From assembly GCA_024137785.1 (NCBI GenBank), contig JAHRHZ010000041.1, positions 22,647,518-22,711,517 of the forward strand: a stretch of DNA of 64,000 nucleotides, in the 5' to 3' direction. This DNA is from Ginglymostoma cirratum (lineage: Eukaryota). Each line of letters starts with the position of its first letter. Position 1 is the stretch's first letter. The notes under the pieces are model-generated. The model searched no databases and was not told the origin of the DNA. It saw only the letters and a list, made by a program, of their open reading frames with translations. The translations under genes were made by a program, and so were the position numbers. Of the stretch, positions 14,101-26,657 are shown one piece after another.

Positions 14101-14706
14101 AGTCTAAAGCAACCTTTATGCCTAAAGCTGAATTAATTGACGAAGATTTGCATCTAATGAACATTAGGAATGCGTGTTTCCACCTCAGCAGCTAACAAAA
14201 ATCCTTTCATTCAAAGTGACTGCCTTAAAACTCATGGGGAATAGGCAGGAAATTGACATGATCATAACGCTCAGTCAGAGACCCAGTGCTAAATGCAATC
14301 CCTCAGCAGTGTAACAATTCTGTGATTCCGTGACAAGGTTAAGGATGAGAAGCAATTGGCAGATCAGTACAGAAGGGAAATTATCTTTCCAAGTTGGAAT
14401 TAGACAATGTAAGGGAGTTCAATATTTGCAATGATGTGCCATTTCTGAACTGGGAATTATTAGTGGTGCCACTAGATGCTGAAAATGTGTTGGACACACA
14501 TTTACAGCTTAGGAGACGTTTAGGGAAGAGTATTCTCATTAATGACATGAGCTGATGGATAAAGCACATTTCTTCATTGGATTACATTATGCTTTCAATG
14601 CTGTTTCACTCCACAAGATTTGTTTCACCCTCAAACTGCAAGCTGACCTGAATATTTATTTCACTGGAATGTAAGTGCTAACTATCTAGTTTTGTATTTG
14701 CCACAG

Positions 14707-14882
14707 GGTAAAGAGGGCTATGCTGGGACCCCATGACTGGCTATCGCTGCCTGTATCCACAGGCCTTACCTGGCTGCTGGTGGAGGGCCTGGAACCTGAG
14801 ACAGCATACCAGTTCAGTGTGCTAGCACAGAACAAACTGGGCACTGGGCCCTTCAGTGAAGTCATCACTGTGAACACACTGG
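14707..14882 (+). CDS. IGSF9B: IGSF9B coding exon, FN3 domain 1 second half
   Basis: ttgccacag|G...CTG G|gtgagt. Encodes VKRAMLGPHDWLSLPVSTGLTWLLVEGLEPETAYQFSVLAQNKLGTGPFSEVITVNTL. Phases 2/1 fit the neighbouring exons. Confidence 0.96.
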
Positions 14883-15094
14883 GTGAGTGAAGTTGTACTC
14901 AGTGTCAGAGTCTGCTAACCCACTGTCAAGAAATTGTATAAAGCTTTTGTGCTATTTGTAAATGCTCATAAGTCTTTTGATACATGTTGATTTTTAAGCC
15001 ACCATGGATGGCCATATGGCCTTTAGTGTCTCTTAGAACAGCCATTGTCAGAACATGGCATCCTGGTTCCTACAATATTGAAAACCAGGCAACC

Positions 15095-15770
15095 ACACAT
15101 GCTGCAAATCTGAAATAAGAACAGAAAATACTCGATAAACTTAGCAGGTCTGACAGCAACTGTACTGAGAGAAACAGAATTAATGTGTTAGGTTGATGAC
15201 CTTCAATCAACATTGTTCTGATGCCAGGTCATTGACCTGAAACACTGATATGAGGTGATTGACAGAAGAATCAAACCCCATATGAGGAAAATTATTTTGC
15301 TCAGTGAGACGTTTAGATCCAAGTTTACAATGTATGAAAGAATGGTAGAGACAGATGCATCATTTTTCAGAAGAGAATTAGATAGGCCCCTGAAGGGGAA
15401 AAGAAAACTGCAGGTCTTCAGAAAAAGGACAGAGAGGTCGGGATTGGTAAATTGGTCTTGTAGAGGACAGGAACAGGTTTAATGGGCCGAATGGCCTGTT
15501 CTTATGCTACACCCATTCTCAGACTCTGTTCTATGGTCATCACCAGGACAAATGGGAAATTTGAAAACAATGTTTTCAACCAGAGGATTATTATAAATGA
15601 AATGTTTCACCAGAGGTGATTGTTGATACAGACACTATAACATTATTTAAGAGGATATGGGAAATATATAAAAGGATATGGGAAAAGGCTAGGGAAATAG
15701 GAATTAGTGCAGATACTAGCAGAGATGCAATGGGCTGAATAGCCTTCTCTTGTGCTCTAAGTTCTATGGT
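15095..15770 (+). mobile_element. Palindromic repeat remnant followed by two CR1 3' fragments
   Basis: gctgcaaatctgaaataagaacagaaaa...gttgatgacctt/ggtcattgacctgaaac. CR1 tails atgggccgaatggcctgttctt (15482) and atgggctgaatagccttctct (~15730). Confidence 0.7.
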
Positions 15771-16769
15771 AATGTCTGCTTCTATTGTTTTCATGGAAAG
15801 ATTAACTATTTATAAGGCTCTAAGTGTGAATCACGTAAGAGTTGCTGACTCAAAATGAAAACTTAAAATGAATTTAACAAAAGAATTTGAAAAATAATGA
15901 ATATGTTAGTCAAAAATTGTTATGTGAGGATGTTTATTACTTTGACTAACACCAATAATAAAAAGACCTTTTCATGAATGAAGAGTCCTTGGTCGCAGGA
16001 TTGCCTCTCAGAAAATTGTAGTTCAGAGGACTACGTGATTGAACTTGCATTTAACATCAGTGAAGATTTAAGAAAACTCGAGTGTTTGTAATGATAAAGA
16101 TGTCACAATAGAGCTCAGGTTATGAGTACAGATAGTCCTAACTCAGCAGTTCAAATGTTGTTACAAACTTAGTGTATTCAATTTGCTTACTTATCTTAAC
16201 TGGCAACATGTGCCGATGACTCCCACGGAAATAAATACATTAAGATGTAGATCTAAATTCTGTATTAATGGTCCTATGATATTAGTTTAGGATTGTATGT
16301 TTAATAGGGATTATCAAGATAAAATTTCCCAGAATTATACACGCTTAATATTTAATAATGTGGAGTACAATGACCTGAGTGCTTATTCAGTAGGTTTCAT
16401 GATATTTTCTTAAATCTTAATTAAACCAAATAAATTGTAAACAAGGCTTCAGGAAAGATTAAATGGGATATAATTTCAACAAGAGCTTAACATATTCTCT
16501 AGTGCCCAGGAAATTATGTTAAGGCGTGTTTTGTTTGGCTGCTTGAGAAATTGAGTTTATCTTGTCTGTCTGTCTCTCCAAAGCATCACACTATCAATGC
16601 CCCCCCGCCACAACAAAAAAAAAGTCCAGATTTGAAGTATATTGCTTTTGCTGTGCTCACTAACTTCGTTTTTAAGACAATATTCTCAATTTATTTCAAC
16701 AACTGTTTGTACAAATGTAAAGAGCTTGCAATTATATATTGTATAGCTTCTGCCACACATTAAGGATGT

Positions 16770-17135
16770 TCCAATGTGTTACACAGACAATGAATATTTT
16801 TGAAATGTGGTTACAATTGTAATATATGAAATTCAGCAACCAACTTTCCCAAGGCAAAGTCACATAGCAATAGAAATAAATGACCAGATAATCTCCTTTA
16901 GTGATGTTTCGAGAGAGATAAATATTGTCCAAGACTTCAGGTGACTTCCTCTGTTCATCTTCAAATAGTGCCACAGGATATTTAATATCCTCCTGAGAGG
17001 GCAGATATGCATTCAGTTTAAATCTGGAAGCTAGCAGCTTTGGTAATGCAGCCTGTGTTACATGCTGAAGTGCTGGATTGAATCCATGATTTTTCAAGAC
17101 TGGGAGCTAAATGATACCAGTGAGCCAAAGCTCAA
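16770..17135 (-). mobile_element. Deu-domain SINE (AmnSINE1/SacSINE-like)
   Basis: aaatgaccagataatct...tcttcaaatagtgccacaggatattt...cctgagagggcaga, the reverse of the Deu domain. A + strand relative lies at ~28760-29100. Confidence 0.65.
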
Positions 17136-17639
17136 ATCTAAATATCTGAGGGTTCTCTGTCACTAACTATGCAGAGTTTTGTTCTGTGTTTGCAGAGACT
17201 TTAGAAAAGCTTGATACAATATGCTATAATTCAGGAAATGAATTTCCTCCATCACTATTGAATGTTGTGTTTCGACTTAGAAGAGTTGCTTTAACAGTTC
17301 TCTATGCATGACACTAGAACATAATTCTCTCAATCAAATAGCCATGAGGTTCACTTTCAATACTGTCACCCAAACCCGGCTACGACCAGAAACTGGAACT
17401 GTTGCAAAAGCAAGTGCTGGAGATCTGTTAAACAACAGAGAAAATGCTAGAGAAACTAATGAAGTTGGGCAGCATCTGTGCTGAGAAATATAAAGTTTCA
17501 GGTCGATGTTTTTTAAGCTGCGACACTTAGAGGTTCTCAGCAAATGGCCAGTATCAAGGCTCACTACAGAATGACACATTATTGAGCATATTGAGAAAAT
17601 CATCATATATGTCTTACAATTTGACATGCGCTTAAATTG

Positions 17640-17870
17640 ACCTAATGTGAAAGTCACCTTAGTCCCATTGGCCCATGGACTGTTCTCTCATTAAAGAGAG
17701 ACATGACTTGGGATGAATTTAACCAGAGGTGAGGGGTGGGTTTGAGCCTTTTTGTTGACCCCAGCTTGTACAGGAATTGAACCCATGCTTTTGACATCGA
17801 TCTACAATGTTTTCCAGCCAACTCTTCTCAACAGCCAGTCTCATGTCCCAGCTAACCCATGATACTGACA
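17640..17870 (-). mobile_element. Shark SINE-like element
   Basis: gtgaaagtcaccttagtccc...ggaattgaacccatgct...ccagctaacc: reversed B-box. Related pieces at ~9600-9680 and ~13330-13490. Confidence 0.5.
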
Positions 17871-18114
17871 GTAGATTTGCTTTTGTGCCTGTCACTGTGA
17901 ACAATTTGGGGGAAGGGAACAGAGAGATCAGGCTAGTAGGACAAAATTTGACCAGCAATGTTAGACTTCTGTTAAAATTGTGGGGTAAATCTTTCCTTTC
18001 ACTATCTAGGTGATAATATAGCAGAGCAGGTTGTCCATTGGTTCTAGAATGTATCCAATTTTCTTTCAGTTAGAAAATAAATAATTTGCATGATGCATGG
18101 GATGAAAGAATAAT

Positions 18115-19050
18115 TCAAGCATGGAAAGAAGTCATTCAATCCATTATGTCTGTGCTGGTCATTGGAAGGAATAAATTCATCTAGAGCCACACTTCCATCT
18201 TTACCCAGAGCCCTGCAACTCTTTTCTTTTCAGATAATGGTCAACTTCCCTCATGTCTCCATTGTTTCTTTTGCCAATTACCTTAAATCCATAGCCTTTG
18301 CTTCTTGATACTGCTGGGAACAGTTTTCCCTCTGTCTCTGTCCAAACACCTCATGATTTTGAATCTCGTTCAAACCCCCTCTCAAGTTTCTCTTGTCTAG
18401 AAAAAAAAATCCTAACTTCTCCAATCTTTCTATATAACTGAAATTCCTCATTTGTGAAACAATTTTCAAGATTCTTTACTGCACCCTTTACATTGCTTCC
18501 TAAAGTGTGGCGCCGAGAACTGGATGCAGTACTCCAGTTGAGGCTGAACCAATGTTTTACAAAGATTTAACATAATTTCCTGGGTTTTATACACAATTCC
18601 CCTCTATCTATTTTGTAATTATGCCCAGAAAAGTTGTACACAGCTCTCTCAACCCGTCCTGTGCTTACAATGATTTGCACAAATATACACCTAGGTCCCT
18701 TTGCTCAATTTTGTGTTTGTATTTGTGTTTTCTTCCTACCAAAGTAACCACACTTCATTGCATTAAATTCCATCTGCAACTTTCCATCCATTTCACCAAC
18801 GTCTGTGTGCTTTTGAAGTTCTACACTTCCAAGTTTCACATCATCTGCAAATTTTGAATTGGTACTCAATACACTTAAATCTAGGTCATTACAATATATC
18901 AGAAAGAACAAAGATCTCAACACCAATCCATGGGGATCTCCACTATAAACTTTACTCCATTCTGAGAAACAACAGATCACTTCTCTCTTTCTTTCCTATA
19001 ACTCAGTCAATTCTGTATCCACGATGCCACTGTCCACCTTATTCCACAAG
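18115..19050 (-). mobile_element. CR1 LINE ORF2 3' fragment
   Basis: Minus ORFs YSGDPHGLVLRSLFFLIYCNDLD...KFADDVKLG and MRNFSYIERLEKLGFF...LRGGL. Confidence 0.88.
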
Positions 19051-19767
19051 GTCATTGTACAACCCACACTAAGGTTATTTTGCCTGTTCTAAGACCTTGA
19101 GGGAAATTAGAATTTTGTCGAGGCCAATTAGGAATGGCTGATTAAATGCTAGCCTAACCAATGAAGCCCACATCCTGTAAACAAATAGTAAAATAACAAC
19201 AAAATAAAAACAGGTTCAGTTGGATTGGGGAACAAACTACAGATTCAGATCAAAGCTGGTTCTTTATGGCCCACGTGACTCAGAACTATATTTCACTATA
19301 GATTTAAAGCACGAAGACCTTGGGAGATTTGTTAGATTTTGATATTCTCATTTTCATATGAAAGCTTTCTTAAAAGGAAACTCAATTACAGCTCCTCAGG
19401 CCGTTAAAGGCTTTGTTTTTTTTTAATGAGATTAAAGTCAAGAATTCAGTTGTAAGCACAACAATCATCAAACATCAAAGTGTGAGGACAAAACTAATTA
19501 ATTTGAATATTCAGAGTCTGCTACCAGAAAATGTTGCTCTATCATCACTGATTTAACCCCCAACTGCCAATGACAATGATTCTGTATGAATAGAGGCCCA
19601 TGAAGAATGGGGAGGCAAACAGATAATGAAATTGGGGGAAACATCGGATCTCTAAGCAGTGAAATGACAAATCTAAGATGTGAGTGGCTGTGCATTGGCC
19701 ATCAGCTGTGGGAGGTGCTTCATAGTGCTTGCAACAGAACACCTTACAATCATGATTGTTCTTGCAG

Positions 19768-19994
19768 CTTTTCCTGTTACGACCCGAGAACCACTGGTGC
19801 TGCTTTCACCACCAAGGTGCCTAACAGCCAATCGAACACACCAAGGAGTGTTACTGTCTTGGCTCTCACCGGCCAACCACAGCTATCCGATTGACCATTA
19901 TATCATGGAATTCCGTCTGGCCGAAAGGTGGGAGATCCTAGATGAAGCAATACCAGGGACTGAAACTGAGCTGTTGACCAAGGAGTTATCTCTG
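19768..19994 (+). CDS. IGSF9B: IGSF9B coding exon, FN3 domain 2
   Basis: cttgcag|CT...CTG|gtaagt. Encodes AFPVTTREPLVLLSPPRCLTANRTHQGVLLSWLSPANHSYPIDHYIMEFRLAERWEILDEAIPGTETELLTKELSL, within ORF 19680..20054. Confidence 0.96.
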
Positions 19995-21348
19995 GTAAGT
20001 CATTGCAACTCTGCTTCCAAAATGATCCTGATGATATTCCATGTGAATAGATGAATGATTATTTTAAAATTCAGATGACAGTGCATAAGTTAAAACCTCC
20101 TCAATCATTTTGCAATTATCTTCATTTATCAAGCAAAGCTGGACATATGTGTTTGTTGCCATGTGCAACCGGTTGATTTGTTAGGATTGATGCAGAAATT
20201 TGGCCTGATGTAGAAGATCGACCAGTGTATGGAGAACCAGAGAGGCAGTGGATTTGGCCTGGTTTCTGTAGTAATGTGCAATTAACACTCTTGGGAGTGG
20301 ACAGCAATAAACTTTGTTGAGTTTAACAAGCTTCAGAGAATGCTTAGAGAGAGCTATTACTTTAAGCTGTACAAACCCAGGCTCTACTTATATTTGATCT
20401 GAGATTACAATGACATAGCTCCTTTCCTATGTGCTGAGTATTGTACCAAGAGTTAAGATACAATCCAGTAGAATCCGAAGAAGTGCTGCTACCCTTCCTG
20501 ACCTCACCATAATACCCGGAAATTGACCTGTCAGCTCTTCTTTGGCTGTATTGGTAACTGGTGCTTGGCAGATCATGTGCTTTCTACACTGTACCCTGTC
20601 CACTCTTGACATGATAAACAGGATACTAAGCACACCAAGCACACGTTTTCAAAGATCCATCCACCTGACACAGGTGAGCATCCCAAACAGTGGACCTGAA
20701 GAAAGATTGGAGCACCCCCAGCAATCCCAGTAAGAGGTCAGTCATTCTCTACCATCTGCAGAGAGGCTACCATGCTTGGTTCTGTGCAGGAAGGCCTCAG
20801 ATTCCATCATTGTGAGTCTGCCATAACTTTGAAAAATTATGGTTATACCTTCTGCAATATTCTCACATGCTTTAAAATGTTCGAATGCAAACCCTCTGAT
20901 TCTCAGAATTTTTCACTTTCTACTGCTGTTACTTCCTACATTGCAATTATTTTGTTTAATTAACATTGGTAAGGTTCACTCCTTTAATTCAGTCTTGGTT
21001 TCCCAGGAATGTCCAGCATCCTAACATCTTGTTCATTATAAATGTTGCCACAACGTAATTATCCAGCCTGTCTGCCATCTCCTTACTTTCATTGACAATA
21101 AGACCATTATCATTTTTCAAGAGGCTCACAGTGCTCCTAATCACCATTTATCTTCCATATAATTGTAAATCTTTTGTATTGATCTTGCAATGTCTTAGAA
21201 GTTTAATTTCGTCCACGTGCGGTTTTGTCATTCTGCACTGTTCTTTTTATCTTTCCTATTCACTTAGATCTGTGATACTTTATATATGCATTGTTAATGC
21301 TTTGCAAATAACAAAAATGAGGAGCAAATATTTTTCTGTTTCTGTCAG

Positions 21349-21433
21349 GACTCCTGGTATGAATTTCGTGTGATGGCTGTCATGCAGGACCTGATCAGTG
21401 AGCCAAGTAATGTAGTTGGGGTTTCGAGTTCAG
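21349..21433 (+). CDS. IGSF9B: IGSF9B coding exon, end of FN3 domain 2
   Basis: tctgtcag|GAC...TCA G|gtgaga. Encodes DSWYEFRVMAVMQDLISEPSNVVGVSSS; 85 nt, phase 0/1. Confidence 0.95.
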
Positions 21434-21557
21434 GTGAGATGCATGTACCTTCGCTCTGATGTAAGCTCTGTTGGCCTTAGTGTTATTCGACATTGTTCAA
21501 ACGTAAGGCCAGTCAACTCGTTGTTGCTTATTGTTTGCATATTTTCTGATTTTGAAG

Positions 21558-21719
21558 ATGTCTTTCCACCACCTGAAGTGCCCGAGGAAGGCCTGGCCCG
21601 TCCAGTTGTAGCTGGGATTGTCGCCACTATCTGCTTCTTAGCGGCAGCTATTTTATTCAGTACCTTGGCTGCTTGCTTTGTTAACAGGCAGCGGAAGCGG
21701 AAGAATAAGAGAAAAAGGG
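21558..21719 (+). CDS. IGSF9B: IGSF9B transmembrane exon
   Basis: tttgaag|AT...AGG G|gtgagt. Encodes DVFPPPEVPEEGLARPVVAGIVATICFLAAAILFSTLAACFVNRQRKRKNKRKR: a hydrophobic helix followed by a basic stop-transfer cluster. Confidence 0.96.
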
Positions 21720-21909
21720 GTGAGTAGGAGCTGCCTTTTTAAACAGCTGTCATTAGGAGAGGTATAAGAGTGACGTGCAAAGGAAAGGTACTCTGAAAAT
21801 CATAATTTAGCTTAACTCTGTATAGATGGCTGGTGATGCTGGAACACTGGTGTGCAGTATGAGTGCAGAGAAGAAAGCAGGTTTATTCCAGAAGGAAAAG
21901 CCAATGGCA

Positions 21910-22640
21910 TGCTCTGTTCACAGTGTATTTGCAAGGACTCCCAGACCAATCCAAGCTACGTAACTTCATCTTTAGTAGGTCTATCATCTGCTCCACTATG
22001 ACCCCAATGGAATATTAAACTGCACTTCGCTTCAGTCAGGGGATTGTGGACTTGAGTCATTAGCAATGGTCGCAGAGGGTAGCTTTTGTCTCTCAGTAAC
22101 CATCCCTGTAAGGCATATGATCCTTGAATTAAAACAGAACAGGAGAGTTCTCAAGGATATAGACATCATGGCAGCTCACAGAGTACCTGGCACAGACCTC
22201 CTACTGTGTGATTACAGACAGCTTGCACATTAATGGAATGGAACCCTTTTCTATTCATGATTATGATATGAGTCTCTCAATGCAGTCTGTGTACAGTCAA
22301 TCATGCCTTGCACCTACAGATACCAGCTATGTTGCCAATGCTTACTACTCAGGCTGCAGCACTGATCTTGTCCTGGGAAAACAAGGTGAAGCAGAATGCA
22401 TTGGTAATAGACACGATACATTTGTGGATTGAGGGATTGCACACAGGTCCTAGATGGCCTTTTGGAAGGAGTCAGTTGCATAATGTTTTGAGCAGCTGTC
22501 ACCTTGATGACCACCCACTCCTTCATGTCACAGGCCCCACAGCTTAAATATGTCTGTGACAGTGTCAGGGACATGCTCAGTCTGCAGTGGTACTGGCCTC
22601 ATTCGTTTGCAGGAAATAACTTTGAAAATGATAAACACTG
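21910..22640 (-). mobile_element. Decayed PIF/Harbinger DDE transposase (HARBI1-like)
   Basis: Minus-strand motifs in the correct order: VVIKVTAAQN, YATDSFQ...DLCAIPQS, QGMIDCTQTAL, MNRKGFHSINVQAVCNH, VCARYSVSCHDVYIL, GWLLRDKSYPLR, IVEQMIDLLKMKLRSLDWSG. Stops and frameshifts present. Confidence 0.88.
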
Positions 22641-25190
22641 GTCCTCCTATGCATCCAGTTGTGACCTCTTGTTGTGGAGACTGTTCAACATCTGCTGGGG
22701 TTTGCTGTTCAGCCTGGGCTTGTTGGCGCATCTGTTCTTTCTCCATTTCTCTGCCCTTTGTTGTAGCACAGCAACAGAGACTATAACTCCAGTAGTAGCT
22801 GGATCCATTTGTCATACTTCCAAAGCATGTGTATGGGGAATATCAAAAACAGAACAGGTCATAGTGATAGGAGGAGTCAGCGTTCTTATCATTCAAAAAT
22901 GACAATTTAGTATAGTCCTCTATACAGTGGGACACAGAGAACTCTGACAAGGAAGGTTATGGAATGCCTCTACAAGGAACTTTGATCTAGGGATCTTATA
23001 CTGATGAATGCAGCATAAGCCACAATGCAGAAATAGAGTAAAAGATTGTAAGTGCTGTAACATTACTGATACCTTATCCTCCTTTCCCAAATCACCAAAG
23101 AAAGGCAGCATCACATATAAGAACTTTGCCAAATACTCAGTATTCGAGGTGAGGAGAAATCAGTTCCATACCCTGTCTAGCCTATGGGATTTTGCAGTTC
23201 ATTTGGAGATTTTGGCTCACAGCGGTCATTTTTAAGGTCATCAGTGATTACTTTTACTTCACAGAGATGACAGTGATCAATCTGCACTGAACAATGATAA
23301 GGTCAATATCACTTGTGACAAGGATTTACACCCTACACAGTTGGATGCTGCTTGCATTTCACATGCATGATGCCTGATTAATGCAACTTCCCCTTGAAGG
23401 ACATCATGTCACTTACAAATAAAGACCACATGCTGAGTTAGATAAAATACTTTCTCTGCCCATTCTGGATGTGGTCACAGCCATTTTCTATTTCTATTGT
23501 GCATTTATGAATCACTTGAGTATGGAATGCAACACAGGTTGCACTTGGCACAGTGAGTCACAGGCTCGTGCTAATAGCTAGGGACTCCTGCGTCTCATCG
23601 GACCTCCAAGTCTCTTTCTTTTTGGAACGTGCTATTGGACACATCAATAGTGAGCTTCCAAACATTCCAACATGCCACTTTGACTTCTGACTTCATCTCC
23701 CAGCATTACACCTTGAGTCCCAGCTCTATCATTTAGTCAGACCAGCCATTGTGTTGCACTGTTCCCCCTATCAAGTCTAGTGTGGCTGTAATCATTGATA
23801 ATCTCCCCCACTTGGATTATCCAATGTCCTTCAATGCAGTATTGTCTCCCACACTTATATGCTGAGCTGTCCTCCGTCCTCCGTCACAATTATTGCTTCC
23901 ACTGCATCCCAGCACACTGCCTCCAAATTCCAGAATTGACTTCCCCAATTTCTGTACAGTGGCAGTGGCCCCAGATAAGCCCCTTTGCCTTTCATTGTGC
24001 TGAACCCCAGGGTTGACCATGGCCCACCTGCTTGACCAACTTGGACAGACAGTCCCGACTGATGCGTGTTCAAACCCCTGACTGATATCTGTGCAGTTCC
24101 CCAGCTGATTTCTTGCAACCCTGCAGACTAGTTGCTCCACATCTGCAGAACTGACTATGGCCCATTCCTTGGACATGCAGTGATGTTAACCCCTGATCCT
24201 TACTGCCCAAGTGGCAGTATCTAAGCCCCTGGACTATCAGATATGGCCCATGTCCTACTGTGCCTTGATCCTCTGACTGTAGGACATCTCCCATGACTTG
24301 ACTGACGAATCAGCATTTGAGAGATGGCTATTTGGTCACATTTAATATACATGCAGTGTGTTTGCTGCGTGCACTGCTAGTACATGGTGGAGGCATAACA
24401 TTGATGTAGTGTGGCGCCACTCAGCAACGTGACCACCCCTCAGCTGATCATTGCAGTTAACCATGACAAGCTGCCTGGCTTTATTTCCGCACAAAAACTC
24501 AAGGCAAGATAGAAGTACTGTGTACATTTGGGATCTGGTTAAAAGGCCAAAGTACAATAAGACAATAGAGGACAGGGAGGTTGTGACAATGCAAACAAGT
24601 ACAATGTGAGTGACCATTAACAGTGGCAGCAAGGATCCCTGAAATGCTCCCTACTCCAATCCATGTGATGGCTGCCTGTCCCTGTGCACATTGCAATGAA
24701 TTCTCCTGGTGTAGTCCACAGTGCAGCATTGAAGTGCAGAACTGTATTGTACGTGGAATCACAAATGTGCCATAAGAGTATGATGAAGCTAGTACATGTT
24801 CGATGCAAAGTCCGTTAACAGAGGGGTTGTGCGCAGTCACTACCCATGGATGTGCTTTGAGATGCTGGAGGAAATGGTGAGCTGGAGTTGACAGGAAACT
24901 GCACTGACTTTCGTGTCAAGAATTACCACCATTCATTTTCTATCTGATGGGTGAGAGAATGGGAAACTGCATATAAAGGGAGCAAGATTAGCTAATAATC
25001 AGATGCTCATGCAAATAGGTCTCTAGCCCTGCATTAGTGAGAATCTTGTCTCACCATTCAACACTTGGTTAGAAAGTAGGATTCTCTTGTTCTCAATATC
25101 AAGAAGATCCTCACTACTGACCTCACCTGATTTCCCAATTTCTCACCAATGCCCATGTCATTCAGTGCCTAGAAAGATTCCATCCTATGA
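22640..25190 (-). mobile_element. Probable remainder of the Harbinger element (Myb/SANT-like second gene, terminus)
   Basis: GC-richer block contiguous with the transposase. Weak SANT-like peptides (QCRNRVKD on + at ~23020; ILAATVNG on - at ~24630). aagattccatcc near 25175 resembles a terminal motif. Confidence 0.4.
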
Positions 25191-25833
25191 ATACATTTGT
25201 AGACACTCAGCTTTACTGTATTTTCTCAAAAACATGAACCATATTTAACAAAGTATGACTGCTGAGTAATGGTGTAAACTGCAAATAAATCTTAAGTCAT
25301 ATTACAATCACTAAGCCTTCAGTTAGTAATGAACAAAAAAAAAGAACATTTGTTTTCGGTTAAATCTTGAAATGGCTATTAACAGAGAAATTTATATACC
25401 TGACCTTTGTAGATGGAGAGGCTGTTACTAACCTGGAAATTAACCATACATTCACAAATACAGCCTTTATCCTACTCTTGCAGCCACAGTGCTCATGAGG
25501 CTTCTCCAGTCTTTGGTCAGTGATCACTTCGAAATGCTGAGGTGGAGGAATTTGATAACAAGTCAATAACCCACTCTACATCAACCCAATGGAAATGAAA
25601 ATTTCAGTGGGATATAATATGGGATGGCAATGTATTCACCCTCAAATGTTCAGTCCCACACAAGGTCAAGATCTATCTATTGATATACCATGTGATTTTA
25701 TTTAGTATTGCACTGAAATAGGATGATTTACATATCTAAACCGTACTCACATCTTTTGTACAAAACTTTTTTTAATGCTAAATGGTTTTACTGCATTCTG
25801 GCTGTTTAATGTCCAATGCTTATTCTCCTCCAG

Positions 25834-25879
25834 ATCCTCCTCTGTCTATAACACACTGCCGAAAGAGTGTGGAATCACC
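25834..25879 (+). CDS. IGSF9B: IGSF9B juxtamembrane small exon (46 nt)
   Basis: ctcctccag|AT...CC|gtaagt. Encodes DPPLSITHCRKSVESP, near-identical to vertebrate IGSF9B; phases 1/2. Confidence 0.94.
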
Positions 25880-26657
25880 GTAAGTAGCCAATCCCTTTTT
25901 ATAGTTCTGCCCATGTTTATTCACGTGATAAATTTAGGTGGTTGATTTGATTCATTTTTCTCTGAGATGATAGCCAGACTGTGACATTAGACCCATGTCA
26001 AACTAACACCAGCTGTTGATTTACAACTAGTAAAAGTGTGTAATAAAATGGTCATTCCATAATGATGCCTCTGATTGTGCCGGTTGCAAGAGAACTGAAG
26101 TCTGACTGCTTTAGCCACATTAATCCTTAGATCCTATTAAATTTTATAAAACAGGGAGTAAGCCCCTGTATAATTTACAGTCTTCCTGCAGGATACTGAA
26201 GGTTTTGATTCTAATACTTTTAAAAGTACTACAGTAATTTAGTTATGTTGCCATGTTGGTTAGTTTGGTACAAATCAATGTGCAACAGAAGAGAGCCATT
26301 ATTTCAACACTGAATGGCCCCACTATCCTCTTGCCGTATCATACATTACTTGCCAGTATCAATCAAACTATAAATTCCCTACTATTCTAAATCATATTAT
26401 TGTTATTAATTTGTTGCTTAACTGATGCTAAAATGGTTCCCAAATGAAGGCTAAAAGCATAGTGGAATTTATTAAAACTGCCGCAACTTTGTAACTGATG
26501 TCTCACTAAATTCATAAACAAATTCACTGTTGTTAATGAATAATGTTAGTTACGGCAGCAACAGCAATAAATTAATGGGTTACTTCACTGGACAATGACA
26601 AATTTGTAAACGTGAAAGTATACAGGGTTACTGTTCCCTCTGATTTTGGTCTCTCAG

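Noticed and set aside
740-14600. Numerous 60-100 aa ORFs in the first intron
   Set aside because: Random ORFs or LINE fragments. There is no splice-phase or homology support for a nested gene.
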